Assembly: GCA_032718475.1 (NCBI GenBank)
Contig: JAUCBJ010006686.1
Location: forward strand, 1 to 39,745
Origin: Nemertoderma westbladi
Lineage: Eukaryota > Animalia > Xenacoelomorpha
Direction of reading: 5' to 3'
Length of the DNA stretch: 39,745 nt
The notes under the pieces were generated by a model that was not told the DNA's origin, ran no database searches, and saw only the letters and a list, made by a program, of their open reading frames with translations. A program made the position numbers and the translations under genes. Position 1 is the stretch's first letter; every line of letters starts with the position of its first letter. Shown here one piece after another: positions 12,414 to 23,659 of the stretch.

Positions 12414-13411
12414 TTGGAATAACTCACCACCAAAGTTTCAATGTGAATTGAAAGATACATTACAATCATTAAAACCACACGTTGCTCCTGCAAAAGTACA
12501 TCCTTATCTTGATGACATTCTTGTTCCTGATAGAAGTTTAGATGAACATTTTATTTCATTGGAAAATATTTTATAAGATTACGGGATGACCAATTAAAAC
12601 TTAACCGTGCAAAATGTTATTTTGGCCGCAAGTCCATTCATGTTTTTGGTTTTGTTGTTGAAGATGGAAACATCCGTACTGATCCAAAGAAAGTTCAGGC
12701 GATTTACAATTATGCACGCCCAACTACCCCTAAAGAGGTTATGAGCTTCACTGGAATATGCTCTTTTTTACTCCCGTTTCATTCCTGGATATGCTTCTAT
12801 TGCTAGTCCTTTATATGCAGCACAAAATCAGCCAGTAGCAAAGTTTGTATGGTCAGAAGAATGTGAACAGGCATTCCAGGAATTGAAAAACTGTTTATTG
12901 AATGATCCGGTTCTATGTCTCCCTGATTTTACAAAACCATTTCGGTTGGAAACAGACGCATCTTCAATTGGAATAGGGGCAGTGTTATCGCAGGAGTTCG
13001 AAGGAAATTGGCACCCAGTGGCATTTGCTAGTCATAAACTCACTCCAACACAGAGGCATTATTCAACGACTGACAGGGAATTTCTTGCGCTGCATTGGGC
13101 AATTCTTAAATTCCATCCATATCTGTATGGTCGTGAATTTCAAGTATTTACAGACCATAAACCTTTGTTAAGTATGGTTCGAGGTCGGACACACAATGAT
13201 AGACAGGCTCGATGGCGTGATAAACTGGCTAGCTATCGATTTGAAATTATTCATAGTCGTGGTTGTGAAAATGTAATTGCTGATGCGTTAAGTCGGTCAG
13301 TAATAGATTCAACCCTCAATCCTGAGGCACCAGAGTTCATGTCATCTTATGGGTGTTATGCTACTGTAGCAGGAATACGGGATGCAAACTGGGAAGAGCG
13401 TCAGTCTTCTG
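12414..13411 (+). pseudogene. pol: Ty3/Gypsy pol fragment (RT C-half plus RNase H), frameshifted
   Basis: PYLDDILV (YxDD), TDPKKVQAI, FVWSEECEQAF, LETDASSIGIGAVLSQ, YSTTDREFLAL, FTDHKPL, NVIADALSR. No LTR or integrase nearby. Confidence 0.93.
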
Positions 13412-13935
13412 GTAGGCTGTAGGTAGAGTTGAGGAAACGTGCAAGTTTCTTTTCCATTGATATAATGTTTTATATGCATGTGATGAAATATACACATTCC
13501 AGTTTAAAGTACACAGCTCATGGAAGTTGGTTACAGTTCTTAATGTGACCTCATCGGATGTTTGTAAAGCATCCGCTTTTGTTATTAAGGCACACTTCCC
13601 TAAGGAGAACCCAATCTTAAGTGCCAGGGATGGAGTCAAGTACTGATGTGTCTTTTCGTTATATTCAGCAATATCCTTAACAGCCGTAATGATGTCATGA
13701 AGACGGTCAGGTGTGATATAGTCTTTTAATTTTGAATTGCAATCACCGGTATTTAAACGGAGTTGAATTAGTAATCGGCCCAATTCCCTTGCGCGATCTC
13801 TTATATGTTTCCTTTGATCTTTCCCAGGTACCGCTTTGACCAACTCTCGTTCTACAAGGGACATAATTGTCGTATCACCCCTGACGGCTAATTTTATTTC
13901 GTCACTTTTCAGAGTTAGGATATGTTTCATTTCTC
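13412..13935 (-). pseudogene. CryptonV-like protein fragment (region preceding the tyrosine recombinase core)
   Basis: HIRDRARELGRLLIQLR...DYITP...AVKDIA...TPSLALKIGFSLGKCA...WNVYISSHAYKTL, a motif set typical of animal Crypton-like YR proteins. Confidence 0.6.
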
Positions 13936-14189
13936 CATACTGTAAGCTGTTTGTTATTATTTTTTGTGAATTATTATGGTACCTATCTCCATGCTATTAT
14001 TATATTTTTTGTAGCCAGCACAATTAAGAAAATGTTTCATTTCTCCTCGGTTTTTGTGTAATACTAGCTATTATTTATTAATACATAATTGCCAAGCTGT
14101 AAACAAATGATTTTTATTCTTCATTAAAAAAACAAAATTTAAATTAAAAAACAAAAACCAAAATTAAAATTAAAAAAATCAAAACCAAC

Positions 14190-14390
14190 CAAAGGCCATA
14201 CCATATGGGGTGATGAAGATATCTGGCACCTGGCTAATGCTGAGGTGCAATTACCTGTTTTTTAGAGGCAGTCACGGGTTAATATTAGACTTTTGGAACT
14301 TGGTCTCTTCCCTGGAAGGATTATTGAGGAGGAGGAGGGCATTAGAAAAACACAAAGATATAAGAAACAGCTTAATGGGTTAATTGATGC
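14190..14390 (+). pseudogene. c-Myb-like DNA-binding fragment of an R2/NeSL-type non-LTR retrotransposon
   Basis: IWGDEDIWHLANAEVQL / VNIRLLELGLFPGRIIEEEEGIRKTQRYK resembles W..EE...LA..E..L...N..L...PGRT.E.IK..R...YK; frameshifted. Confidence 0.45.
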
Positions 14391-15436
14391 ACAAATACGA
14401 GTTGATGGTATAAGAACTCAGTTCACACTGACCCGAAATGGAACAACCGCCCTCTGATTCTATGGATAACACCGGTCAAACAAATTTCATTATTTTTGTA
14501 GCTAAACAATTTGACAATTTATATCTTGTTAATTTCAGAATATAATTTTTTGAGTTTTGTGAAATTAATTATATAAATATCCTGCAGTTTTCAGTTTGGT
14601 TAAATAGATAATGTTATTTAGCAATTTTGAAGAGTTATTGTAGCCGACCAGTTTGACAATATATATGTTGTTAATAATAATATGTATATATTCCCGGGAA
14701 TTTAAATAGAATGTGATACATAAAGGTTTGTTCATTGACTAGTTCCAGAACGAGAGTTGAGGAAGAGGAGATATGTAATCTTGATTTTCAAATGACAATT
14801 TTCAAGATATGGTATTTTGCTTTATCATGATTGTGATCGTGTTAAACAATTTATACAAATACAAAATTTTACAAATACAAATAAAATAAATAAAGTTTAC
14901 TGTTAACCCCTAGAAATTAATATAAAAAAACAAACTAATCTATAAGGTTCAGTCTCAATATATCTCAATCTATAATCTCAATATATATATACTCATCAAT
15001 CATCATGTTCCAGTATATATGTAATATATATGTCCTATTAATCCTCCTGTTGCTCCAGTTCCACCAGAGCTTTCACAAAGGTCTTTTTCGATGACCCTAT
15101 AGCACAGTTATTTTCTTTATCGTCACTGTTGAAGGCCAAAATCATGGATTCAGCAACCCATGCGTATGCGTAATTATGAGTGCCAAAGTAATGCTACAGG
15201 TGGTTTCTTGCCACCATCAGACAATCGGTTCTCCATCCGCCACCTAGTAAGAATAGAACTATTAAGAAATATTAAACATTATCTTCTTTTTACAAAGAAA
15301 ATTTTTCTATTAGTAACCAATAAATTATTGAAATCTTTTTATATTTTACATTGGTAATTTAATCGAAAATCATTGATAATCGATCGAAAATTTTATAAAA
15401 TCGATTGAATAACATGCAATGTAAAGAAAATCTTAC

Positions 15437-16803
15437 CTTCTGTACAATCTCCCAGTCTAAAGTATTTAATCTCACGGTCTTCCCCAGCTCTGCAAGGGCC
15501 CTTAAGATATCGTGTTTTTGTTCAACGAAACGAGTTATCATATGGTATAAACTTGACCACCGAGTGGCAGAATCAATGAGAAGGGTTCTTTGCGGTTGGC
15601 GTTCGATTTGCTGTGCTTTACGCAACTCATTCATGGCTAAATTGCTTCTGCGGAAGAAAGCTACGGTTTTCCGTATCTTAGAAATTGTTAACTTAAGTGA
15701 AGGTTGTGAATCAATTGCGTTGGTCACCACTAGATGTAGGCCATGGGGAAAGCATCCACAATTTCTCCATCCGTTTAACCCCATCCCATTAACCATATTC
15801 AACGCATTATCACGCAAAATTAAATGGAGTTTAGAACCTAGTCCCCAGTCGTCAACTGCTTCTTTTAAGGCCGCCGCAATACGATCGCCAGAATGATAAC
15901 CGGGGAAGGGAAGACATTCGAGAACTGCACATTTTCTTTCCCAGGACTCGTCGATATAGTGACATGTAAAGCTGATATACGAGTCCTTACGTTCTGAACT
16001 CTATATATCTGTCGTACCAGCAAACCAAGTAATGTTCTTCATCACTTCCATGACCTTTCCCCGCACTCTAGTGTAAATATCCGGCATTATTACCGTGCGA
16101 ATTAGAAAATCGCTTGGAATCACAAAACGTGGATTAAGTGCATTAATGAAAACTTGGAAGGATCGTTTATTAACTAGGTTGTACGGCAACATTTCATCCA
16201 CCAACATTTCCGTTAGTAAATAGTTAAGATCTATCTGATGTTCGTTACCTTTTGAATAGGGTTCCTTTCGTAACATCAGCTCCGCGAGACTCGTCTGTCT
16301 TAAAGGCATATACCTAGTATGAACGGCAGGGGTCGCTACAGCTGGCGCTACAGGGTATCTACAGGATATTTAGGGGCATCTGTCAAATCAACCACTTGAG
16401 TGGATGGAGTTGTAGTACAGATATTAACGGTACTACCGGTACAGGTACTAATAGAACTCGTACTGGAACTGGAGAGAGAGAGACCATGACCGGTAGACCT
16501 ACTCCCGTTATCTTTATCAATGATATAGATAGAACTTTTCTTATTTTTGTAAATTTCCTTCGCTTTCTTCGTTTCATCTTGGTCTCGTTTTGCTTGGTGG
16601 AATTGAGTTTTGTGTTTTGCTTTCAGATGGCCGAATAAATTCCCTGTGCCGAAAGTATGTGGTTTATTTTTGGTTCCCCTCGAAATACGTGTGTTGCAAT
16701 CTCCACCAACTATGCAAACTGCTGTCGAATTGTCAACAGAATCGATTTGAAAGTAATCCCAAATCGGTGATTTACGATTAGGAGTGCAATGAGTGGACGC
16801 CAT
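15437..16803 (-). pseudogene. hAT (Ac/ZBED-like) transposase pseudogene with BED zinc finger
   Basis: SPIWDYF...AVC....C...GTGNLFGHLKAKH (BED finger), DEMLPYNLV, TTDI(W>stop)S, RDNALNM, CFPHGLHLVV, DSATRWSSLY. Stops at 16348 and 16001; GTAAG donor near 15436; C-terminal dimerisation domain not seen. Confidence 0.92.
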
Positions 16804-17149
16804 TATTTATTAGGCCCGTATCAGAATTCGGAATATCGGAGTAATTCTGATGTGTAATATACAATAATACAGTAATGTAGGCCCTACTGCCCTATGATAT
16901 ATCTTGGAGTACCAGCTGCCACAGCAATATCATACAGTCATAATAAGCCTACTGATATATCTGTTGTATAGGCCTATAGCTGACCCTGACAGTACCGTAT
17001 ATCATCACAATCACAAACTACTGCACTACACTACCACTCAGCCACTATTTCTGCCGTCACTGCGAACCGAGGACGTCCTGGGTTCGTTACAAGTCCTCAG
17101 TTCGCGGGTAATGTACTACGCGAAAGTCCTCGGTTTACACCATATACGC

Positions 17150-17545
17150 GAGCACTGAACCACGTGTGTGTGTAACGTACTCAATCATGTGTAGCTTAAT
17201 GGACCACATATGTAACTTACTGTACCACGTGAGTGAATTACTCAATCATGTTTGTAACTTACTGAACCGTGTGTGTAACTTTCTTTACCATTTGTGTAAC
17301 TTAATGTACCATACCAAATACAGTATGTAACTTACTGAACCACATGTATAACTTACTTAACCATGTGCATGCATAACTTATTGTACCACATGTGTGACGT
17401 TCTCAATCATGTGTAACTTATTGTACCACATGTGTAACTTATTCAATCATATTTGTAACTAACTGTACCATTTACGTAATTTACTGTACTATGTGTGTAA
17501 CATACTCAATCTTGTGTGTAACTTACTATACCACATGTGTATGTG
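17150..17545. repeat. Minisatellite, about 20-22-bp unit TGTAACTTACTGTACCACATG
   Basis: More than 15 degenerate head-to-tail copies with no unique spacers. Confidence 0.9.
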
Positions 17546-17849
17546 TAAAAATCCTTGTGTGTATGTCACGATTTGAATTTTCATTAAGTTACACACTACA
17601 CAGTGGAATATAAATACATAAGCATCCTTTGGTTATATATTTGATTTCTAGTTTATCTCTAAGTTTACATATTTAATTATTTTTCAGCTTTTCAAATTAA
17701 TTTTTGTTTTTGAACGACAAAATTGTTGCATGGATAAGTATAAACTACAATAATAATTTATATAATAGTTACTATTTTATTGTCATTATTTATTCATTTT
17801 ATTCTACTTTTTTTCATTTGTCAGTTGTATATCTCATATTATTGGTAAT

Positions 17850-18430
17850 ACTAACAAAGACTACTAGGAAATCTTCAGGTTGGTCTCGCTTTTCTAAATG
17901 CACTAAGCTTTACAGTAAGAAGCTATGCTCTTGTCCCATCTGTTCTAATGCTATCCCTACCCCTGTCGCTACTCATACTCACATTTCGACTGTCACACCA
18001 ACTGTTACATCCCCAATTACCCCTACTGTTAAACCTACTGATCTGAATGATATTCTGGTCTCAGACTGTGTAAAGAGTAATGGTGAGGTTGAGAAAGTGG
18101 AGATGCCTGTTTGTGAGGGAGCAGATTGGATTCCTGTGTTTAGGAGAAAGAGAAAGTACAGGTCAACTAACTTGATAAGGATTAATGTTGCAGGGAGTAG
18201 ATCTGACGGGGAGCTTGGGAAAAATTGTGGAAGGTGTAGCAAGACGATGTTGGGTGGAGAGGAGTATTGTGGGTTTTGTGTGCGAGATAAGGAATAAGGA
18301 GAAATGGGACAAGGTTGTTGTAAAATCAAGGGTTACATCAGATAGGCTGTCTGGAATATCTGAAGGTAATGGGAGCAGTACTGGAGGTACTATAGTAAGA
18401 AACGTGACAGGTGTGTTGTATGTGGGAAAT
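17850..18430 (+). mobile_element. Fragment of an unidentified Cys-rich repeat-family ORF, copy 2
   Basis: ORF-track frame 17704-18297 holds CSCPIC, a Thr/Pro linker, RRKRK and CGRC...YCGFC; inverted homologue at 11470-11735. Confidence 0.55.
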
Positions 18431-18485
18431 TTGCGGGTCAGGTCAGGTATTCTAAGGGGGCGATCAGCTCATGCTTGATGCCATG

Positions 18486-18913
18486 GATGTCAACGTGATC
18501 ACCAGCTACCAGAATATGCATTACATCGGCGCCCCCGAGGCTGCATGGTACACCCTGAGCTTCGAAATCACGCAGCAGATTCCCCCATTCAGGCTCTCCG
18601 AATTTATCTGGAGAATGATCAAATGGTCATATTATGCCAGGAGGCTGATCTTCAAAATGTCATTTCAGAGAAGTCGCACAACACTGAATTAACATCCTTC
18701 TTTAACTATAACGCCACCAATCCTGGGACTGATGTTTCCTACGTAGATTTTCCAAAGAAATTTACGTTTAACCACTCTACGAAGAAGTGGCACAAACGTA
18801 AGCGCGGTTTTACAGTCAGGCGTGTTCATACTGTCCATCCTTTGTCCGGTTATGAATTTTACCTATGACTGTTACTCCATCAGAACCATTGCAAGGGGAA
18901 AACCAGCTTTCAG
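18486..18913 (+). pseudogene. Helitron RepHel fragment (linker between Rep and helicase)
   Basis: YIGAPEAAW..LSFEI, LRIYLENDQMV, TELTSFFNYN, YVDFPKKFTF...WHKRKRG, VHPLSGYEFYL*LLL...KGKTSF. Confidence 0.88.
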
Positions 18914-19194
18914 GTCACAACTGAGAAACACATCAAGGCATAGCAGTCTGTGCCATTTAAATGTGCTATACATTGGGACTAAAAAGTAAGTGTTGCTTAT
19001 TTCTTTTTAAAATTTACTTATTATATTCATTACATTTTTTTACCATTATGTAGGGTAGGTATCTACTATCTAGGTATCTTCTATCTATTTTAATTTTTAC
19101 ATTTTTATATTAAAATAATGTTGCTGGCAGATAAATGACGGAAAACGTCAATAATAATTTGTTAAACGTTTTTAGTGGGTAAAATAAATAAGTA

Positions 19195-19470
19195 TGAGTG
19201 GAGGGTGGATTTATAGATAATGCAGTAATGTACAGTATATAGGTGGAGGGTAGGTTTAGATACATGCAGTATGCAGTAGTCTATATAGGTCGAGGGTGGG
19301 TTTAGATAAGCAGTAATAATATACAGTATATGTGTGGAGGGTGGGTTTAGATATATGCAGGTTGCAGTAGTCTATATGGGTGGAGGGTGGGTTTAGATAT
19401 ATGCAGGTTGCAGTAGTCTATATGGGTCAAGGGTGGGTTTAGATAATGCAGTAATATACAGTATATGGGT
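19195..19470. repeat. Minisatellite, about 44-46-bp unit GTGGAGGGTGGGTTTAGATATATGCAG...
   Basis: Six tandem copies of GGAGGGTGGGTTTAGATA with similar intervening sequence. Confidence 0.9.
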
Positions 19471-19915
19471 TACAAGGCGTTCAGATAAATACCACAAGTA
19501 GTTTTCCAACTTATTGCGAGAAGCACCAACTAGTGAGCTGAAGTTGACTGGCAAACTTGGCATTGAAAAACATCTTCATTAAATCGACGTCGTTCTGAGT
19601 GGCATCCTGTACAGAGGTAGAAGTCAGCCAGGCTTTAGTTAAGAATACTGATATAAATATAGCCAGGCTGGTGATTGAATCAAGCTGATCAATTAAAAGA
19701 TAAACATTCTGGATTTCAGATCGTAAGAAGGCATCTTGAATGCATATCCTTGGACATCCATTTTGCATGATGGCATGATTGTGATGGCTGGCCACCCACA
19801 ATTAAAACATTGCCTTCTAAAAATAGGAGGGTAAATTGAGCCAACTGTAGGTAATTGTGTCTAAATGATTGCTTGGTGCTTTTTTCCAAGTATGAAGAAA
19901 TGAAATAGTTGTCTA
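19471..19915 (-). pseudogene. hATm-like transposase fragment
   Basis: RHNYLQLAQFTLLFL, HHAKWMSK, FISVFLTKAWL...ATQND and YLWYLSERL motifs across frameshifts. Confidence 0.65.
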
Positions 19916-19944
19916 TACCACTATCCAACTATACATCCGCTATT

Positions 19945-20070
19945 CGGATGGGTGGCACACTAAGCCAGCGAGTTGAGGGCGGAAACATTCTTGACTCACA
20001 TGGTATACATCTATCGGCTAGTGGCCAAGGCAAGTTATAAGCCACACTACACCACTCCCTCTTCACAGCT
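19945..20070 (+). pseudogene. Possible SGNH esterase C-terminal fragment (retroelement accessory ORF)
   Basis: NILDSHGIHLSASGQGKL* resembles the DGxHLxxxG block V; very short. Confidence 0.3.
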
Positions 20071-20360
20071 GTTAAACACTCACTATAAAAAAAGTAAAAG
20101 CACTATTATATAATTTCTGAGTGGCTCTTTTAATTTAGAGCCCCACAATCAAATAATGAAAACAGCAGATGACTGACACCCGAGTGTGGGAGTGTGGATG
20201 TGGGGGTGGGGGAGGGGGGGGGGGGTGACGTGGGGGGTCGGTTTTGGAGGTGGGGGTGCGGTAGGGGTGGTTAGTGTTGGGGGTGGTTGGGGAGTAGGGG
20301 AAACACTATAATTGTACTGTATGTACAATCAACCTGATATACATGCATTCTCACATAATA

Positions 20361-20757
20361 GAACTAGCATCATAGAGTTCTGTGGAAGCCAAGAACTCCC
20401 CTTGAGAGGCCATCATGATTGTGGGCCTTTAACCGAAGAGCTGATATCACATAATGATGGAGTGTTCTGAGCTGCAATAAGGTTGAAAGCTGCGGATGAG
20501 AATACCAAAAGTCTTACATACAACGCCCCAAAGAATGCTTCATATATGTCTGAAGTTATTCAGAATGAACTGATAGGCCTCATGGGGAATCTAATTCGAC
20601 AGAACATCATTGCTGATGTAAAGAGAGCTAAATATTTTACTGTATTTTAGCTGATGAGTCAACAAACATAAGTTGTAAGTCACAGCTTAGTACTTCACTT
20701 CGATATGTCTTAGATAATGCTATACGTGAAGACTTTGTTGCATTCATTGATCTAGCA
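20361..20757 (+). pseudogene. hAT (Tip100/DUF4371, ZMYM1-like) transposase fragment
   Basis: FCGSQELPLRGHHD, NAPKNASYMSEVIQNELI, VKRAKYF..ADEST, QLSTSLRYV, IREDFVAF. Confidence 0.88.
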
Positions 20758-20763
20758 AAGAAA

Positions 20764-20960
20764 ATAGGTGCCCCAACTTTCCCATCTTTATATTTGTGAA
20801 CATGGGTCCAAAGAGTTCCATAAGGAATTTTATGGATTTTTGAGGCTTTTTTAATCGATGTCCCCTTGGAAATGGCTTTAATTGCTGCTTCCATACTCTC
20901 CGAAGTATAATTTTGGTAACCTCGTTTCCCTGGCTTACGACGTGTGTATGTCCGCACCAT
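20764..20960 (-). pseudogene. pogo/Tigger-like transposase N-terminus (HTH_psq)
   Basis: MVRTYTRRK...YTSESMEAAIKAISKGTSIKKASKIHKIPYGTL; truncated against the hAT fragment. Confidence 0.8.
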
Positions 20961-21057
20961 GTTGTAAAAAATTAATAAATGATAATAAGCTTATTAGGTA
21001 TAATACAGTTAAACCTACAGTATGAAGCGCCGTTTACGCCAAAACTATCTGAATAAA

Positions 21058-21261
21058 TATTATACTCAAGATGTGTCAATAAAAAATATTATACTTAAGA
21101 TGTAACTAAATTCTCGGCCGAGATTCTCGGCCGAGTTTTTCTCGGCCGAGATCTCGGCCGAGTTTTCTCTGCCGAGTTTTTCTCGGCCGAGTTTTTCTCG
21201 GCCGAGAATTTAGATACATCTTAAGTATAATATTTTTTATTGACACATCTTGAGTATAATA
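21058..21261. repeat. 204-bp foldback palindrome with seven CTCGGCCGAG units at its centre
   Basis: Arms of about 65 bp with one mismatch; CTCGGCCGAG at 21113, 21126, 21141, 21153, 21167 (one mismatch), 21182 and 21197. Confidence 0.92.
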
Positions 21262-21804
21262 CCAAAGCACTCGGTTGCAACATGAGCATAAAACTGAACT
21301 TTCTTCATAGTCACCTTGATAGCTTCCCGGAAAATCTTGGTGCTGTCAGTGATGAGCAGGGTGAACGATTTCACCAAGATTTGAAGGTCATGGAAGAGCG
21401 TTATCAGGGTAGGTGGGATGCACATATGATGGCGGACTATTGCTGGAGCATCAAGCGCGATTGTCCAAAGATTGAACACTCAAGGAAAAGCTATAAGCGT
21501 AAATTTTTACCTTAAAACATACTTTCAGTAGCCATATATCCCTATAATAACCTTAATGTGGCTATTACCTAATTTCTAAACGTTGTAATGCAATGTCTTT
21601 GATCTCTATCTATGCAATAGTTAAAAACATTATATTTTATGTATCTTTTAACCGCAGAGTTTTTCTGATATTTAAAATAAAGCGAATGATCCTATAGTTC
21701 AAAAAGTGGTAGAGAAAAGCTGATATCATTTTTGGATTCAGCAGCCCAAAATTAGTTAAAAACAACTGTCAGATCTAACTCAACAAAAATTGTGTTCCCC
21801 AGTG
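21262..21804 (+). mobile_element. Chapaev3-like (CMC) transposon 3' end: transposase C-terminus and right terminus
   Basis: LGCNMSIKLNFLHSHLDSFPENLGAVSDEQGERFHQDLKVMEERYQGRW...DYCW, stop at 21515; ends ...TGTGTTCCCCAGTG at 21804 (CACTG-type terminus). Confidence 0.8.
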
Positions 21805-22309
21805 AATAGAATCGATCAACATTAACGCCAGGTGACCTACGAAGATCGAGATCGAGCAGTACCGGTACCTGGGCGACATCGACTTCTCCGCGCCCAAACT
21901 AGATGTCCCGAAAGTGTAATCCCGTGTAATCCCGCAAAGACCGCAGAGTCGCTTATTCGAGTCCCGTCTTCATTCCGGAGACTTGAAGTGGTCTTATAAA
22001 CTGACAAGTAGGTCCAATAATCATAAAAAAATACCTTCTCGTGGAGATATCCAATTGGCACCACTGGGCACATAAATTTGCAGAAATTGAATGCAAACCC
22101 CAAACTTCATTGCCTTTACTGATAACGCGATATATCGGAGCCAGTATCTTCTATCCCAGCTATCTCGAAAACCAAGCAAGATATGGGAAAACGGTTTCTA
22201 TATTTGGATTCAGCATGAAATTCTGCATTAGATAGGATATGTTTCAAAAATTCGTATTTTTGGTCAGAAAATGCGCTACCCCCCCCCCCCCCCCCTCCCC
22301 CCCAAATTG

Positions 22310-22700
22310 TAAGGAGGCAATTGCCGTAAAATCATCCGTCGCTCCCCATCATCGGACAAAGTTTCTTTATCATTTGGTTTTAACGCTCGGGAGGATGTTA
22401 TGGAAGTTGCTTCCTTCCCTATAGCATTCCAGAATGCTGGGATGGTTGCTGATTTCAATAAGGGAAGAAGCCAACCTCATTAGTAGGCACTATGTAGAAG
22501 AACAACTGCAAACTTATTCTTTTGGCGCCAGACAATTTTAGAAATATCTAAAAAATACCATTGCAGCAATTGATGATATATTGTTCTCCAATGGTCATTT
22601 ATCTACAGATTTTCCTTCTGTTTCATACATTGATCTACGTGAAGAATAATCTGAGCGAATTCAAACAATAGAGAATATAAGGAAAAGGTATTTTGTGGAT
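22310..22700 (+). pseudogene. Degenerate coding fragment, possibly from a large Pif1/Helitron-like protein
   Basis: KFLYHLVLTLGR...ISRHYVEEQLQTYSFGARQF resembles the FLxHxLLSLGRF...QL region of such proteins; several stops. Confidence 0.3.
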
Positions 22701-23659
22701 ACAAACCATAGTGATCTACAGTAAGTAGGAAAATGGTGATCCCCCAGAAAGACTCCTTTATCTTAGCCACTCTGGATGAGCCACTTGATTAGGATTATTA
22801 TATTTTATATCAATTTGTGGCAAGTCGTAACAATTTTATATTTACCCTAAACGTAAATTAATTCATTTGCATTTATTCTGTTGAATACATTTACTGAAAT
22901 TTAAATTTTACTGCTGCTGTATACAATATATTTGCTGGACCAATATTTTATCGTTTATATTTTGTTGCTAGGAAAATTTGGTGTCATCACTTCCAGCAAT
23001 GACGACATTATTCGATTACTATATAAGCCGAGTTCGCTCGACCTAGTAGTAGTAGTAGTATATAAGCCCAAGGTATTAGTTCAGTGTCGTTTTTCATAGT
23101 TTCAGTCTTCAGAATTACAATATTATTATCAGTCTTCATGCAGTCATTCAGAGTTCGCTTATCTGTTCTGTAGCATACTAGGCCATATACATCAAAACTA
23201 AATAAACTTCTGAATTATGTAATTATATTTCATTTCTGTATTCTGGCATTCACGCAAGATGCCTGAGTAGAGACTCATCAGCCAGGGGGCCAACTGACGT
23301 GGAGCCCAGGAACAACAGCTGTAACGTTACATAGTTGCAAATCAAGCATTGCAGAAATCTGCAACTGTGGAGCAAGATCTCCTATCATTATAATCATATG
23401 CCAGAATTTATCCAACCTTTATGTTCTTGATCGCATAAAATATAATACAAAACTGCATCCTTTCCTTTCAATGGACTGGTCCACTGTCATTTGGAAGAAG
23501 ATGCAGTCTTTGGACTTGTAGTTCCAGAAGTTCCTACTTTGGTAGCCATCAAAGATCTCTGAAATGAGCTCTGGCTCGTTGCCTTGTGCCAGCAATTTAA
23601 TACATTCATGACCATCAAAGCTCTTAGTTGTGTCGAATATGTAATTATGATCTCTCGTA

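Noticed and set aside
15405-15896. 163-aa plus-strand ORF
   Set aside because: Antisense to the hAT transposase; no motifs of its own.
17150-19470. CRISPR-like arrays (the two minisatellites)
   Set aside because: Degenerate tandem units without unique spacers, no cas genes, eukaryotic context.
21830-22180. GC-richer coding-like island (a similar one lies at 11740-11990)
   Set aside because: No recognisable motif in the frames I translated; probably further captured fragments, but unassignable.
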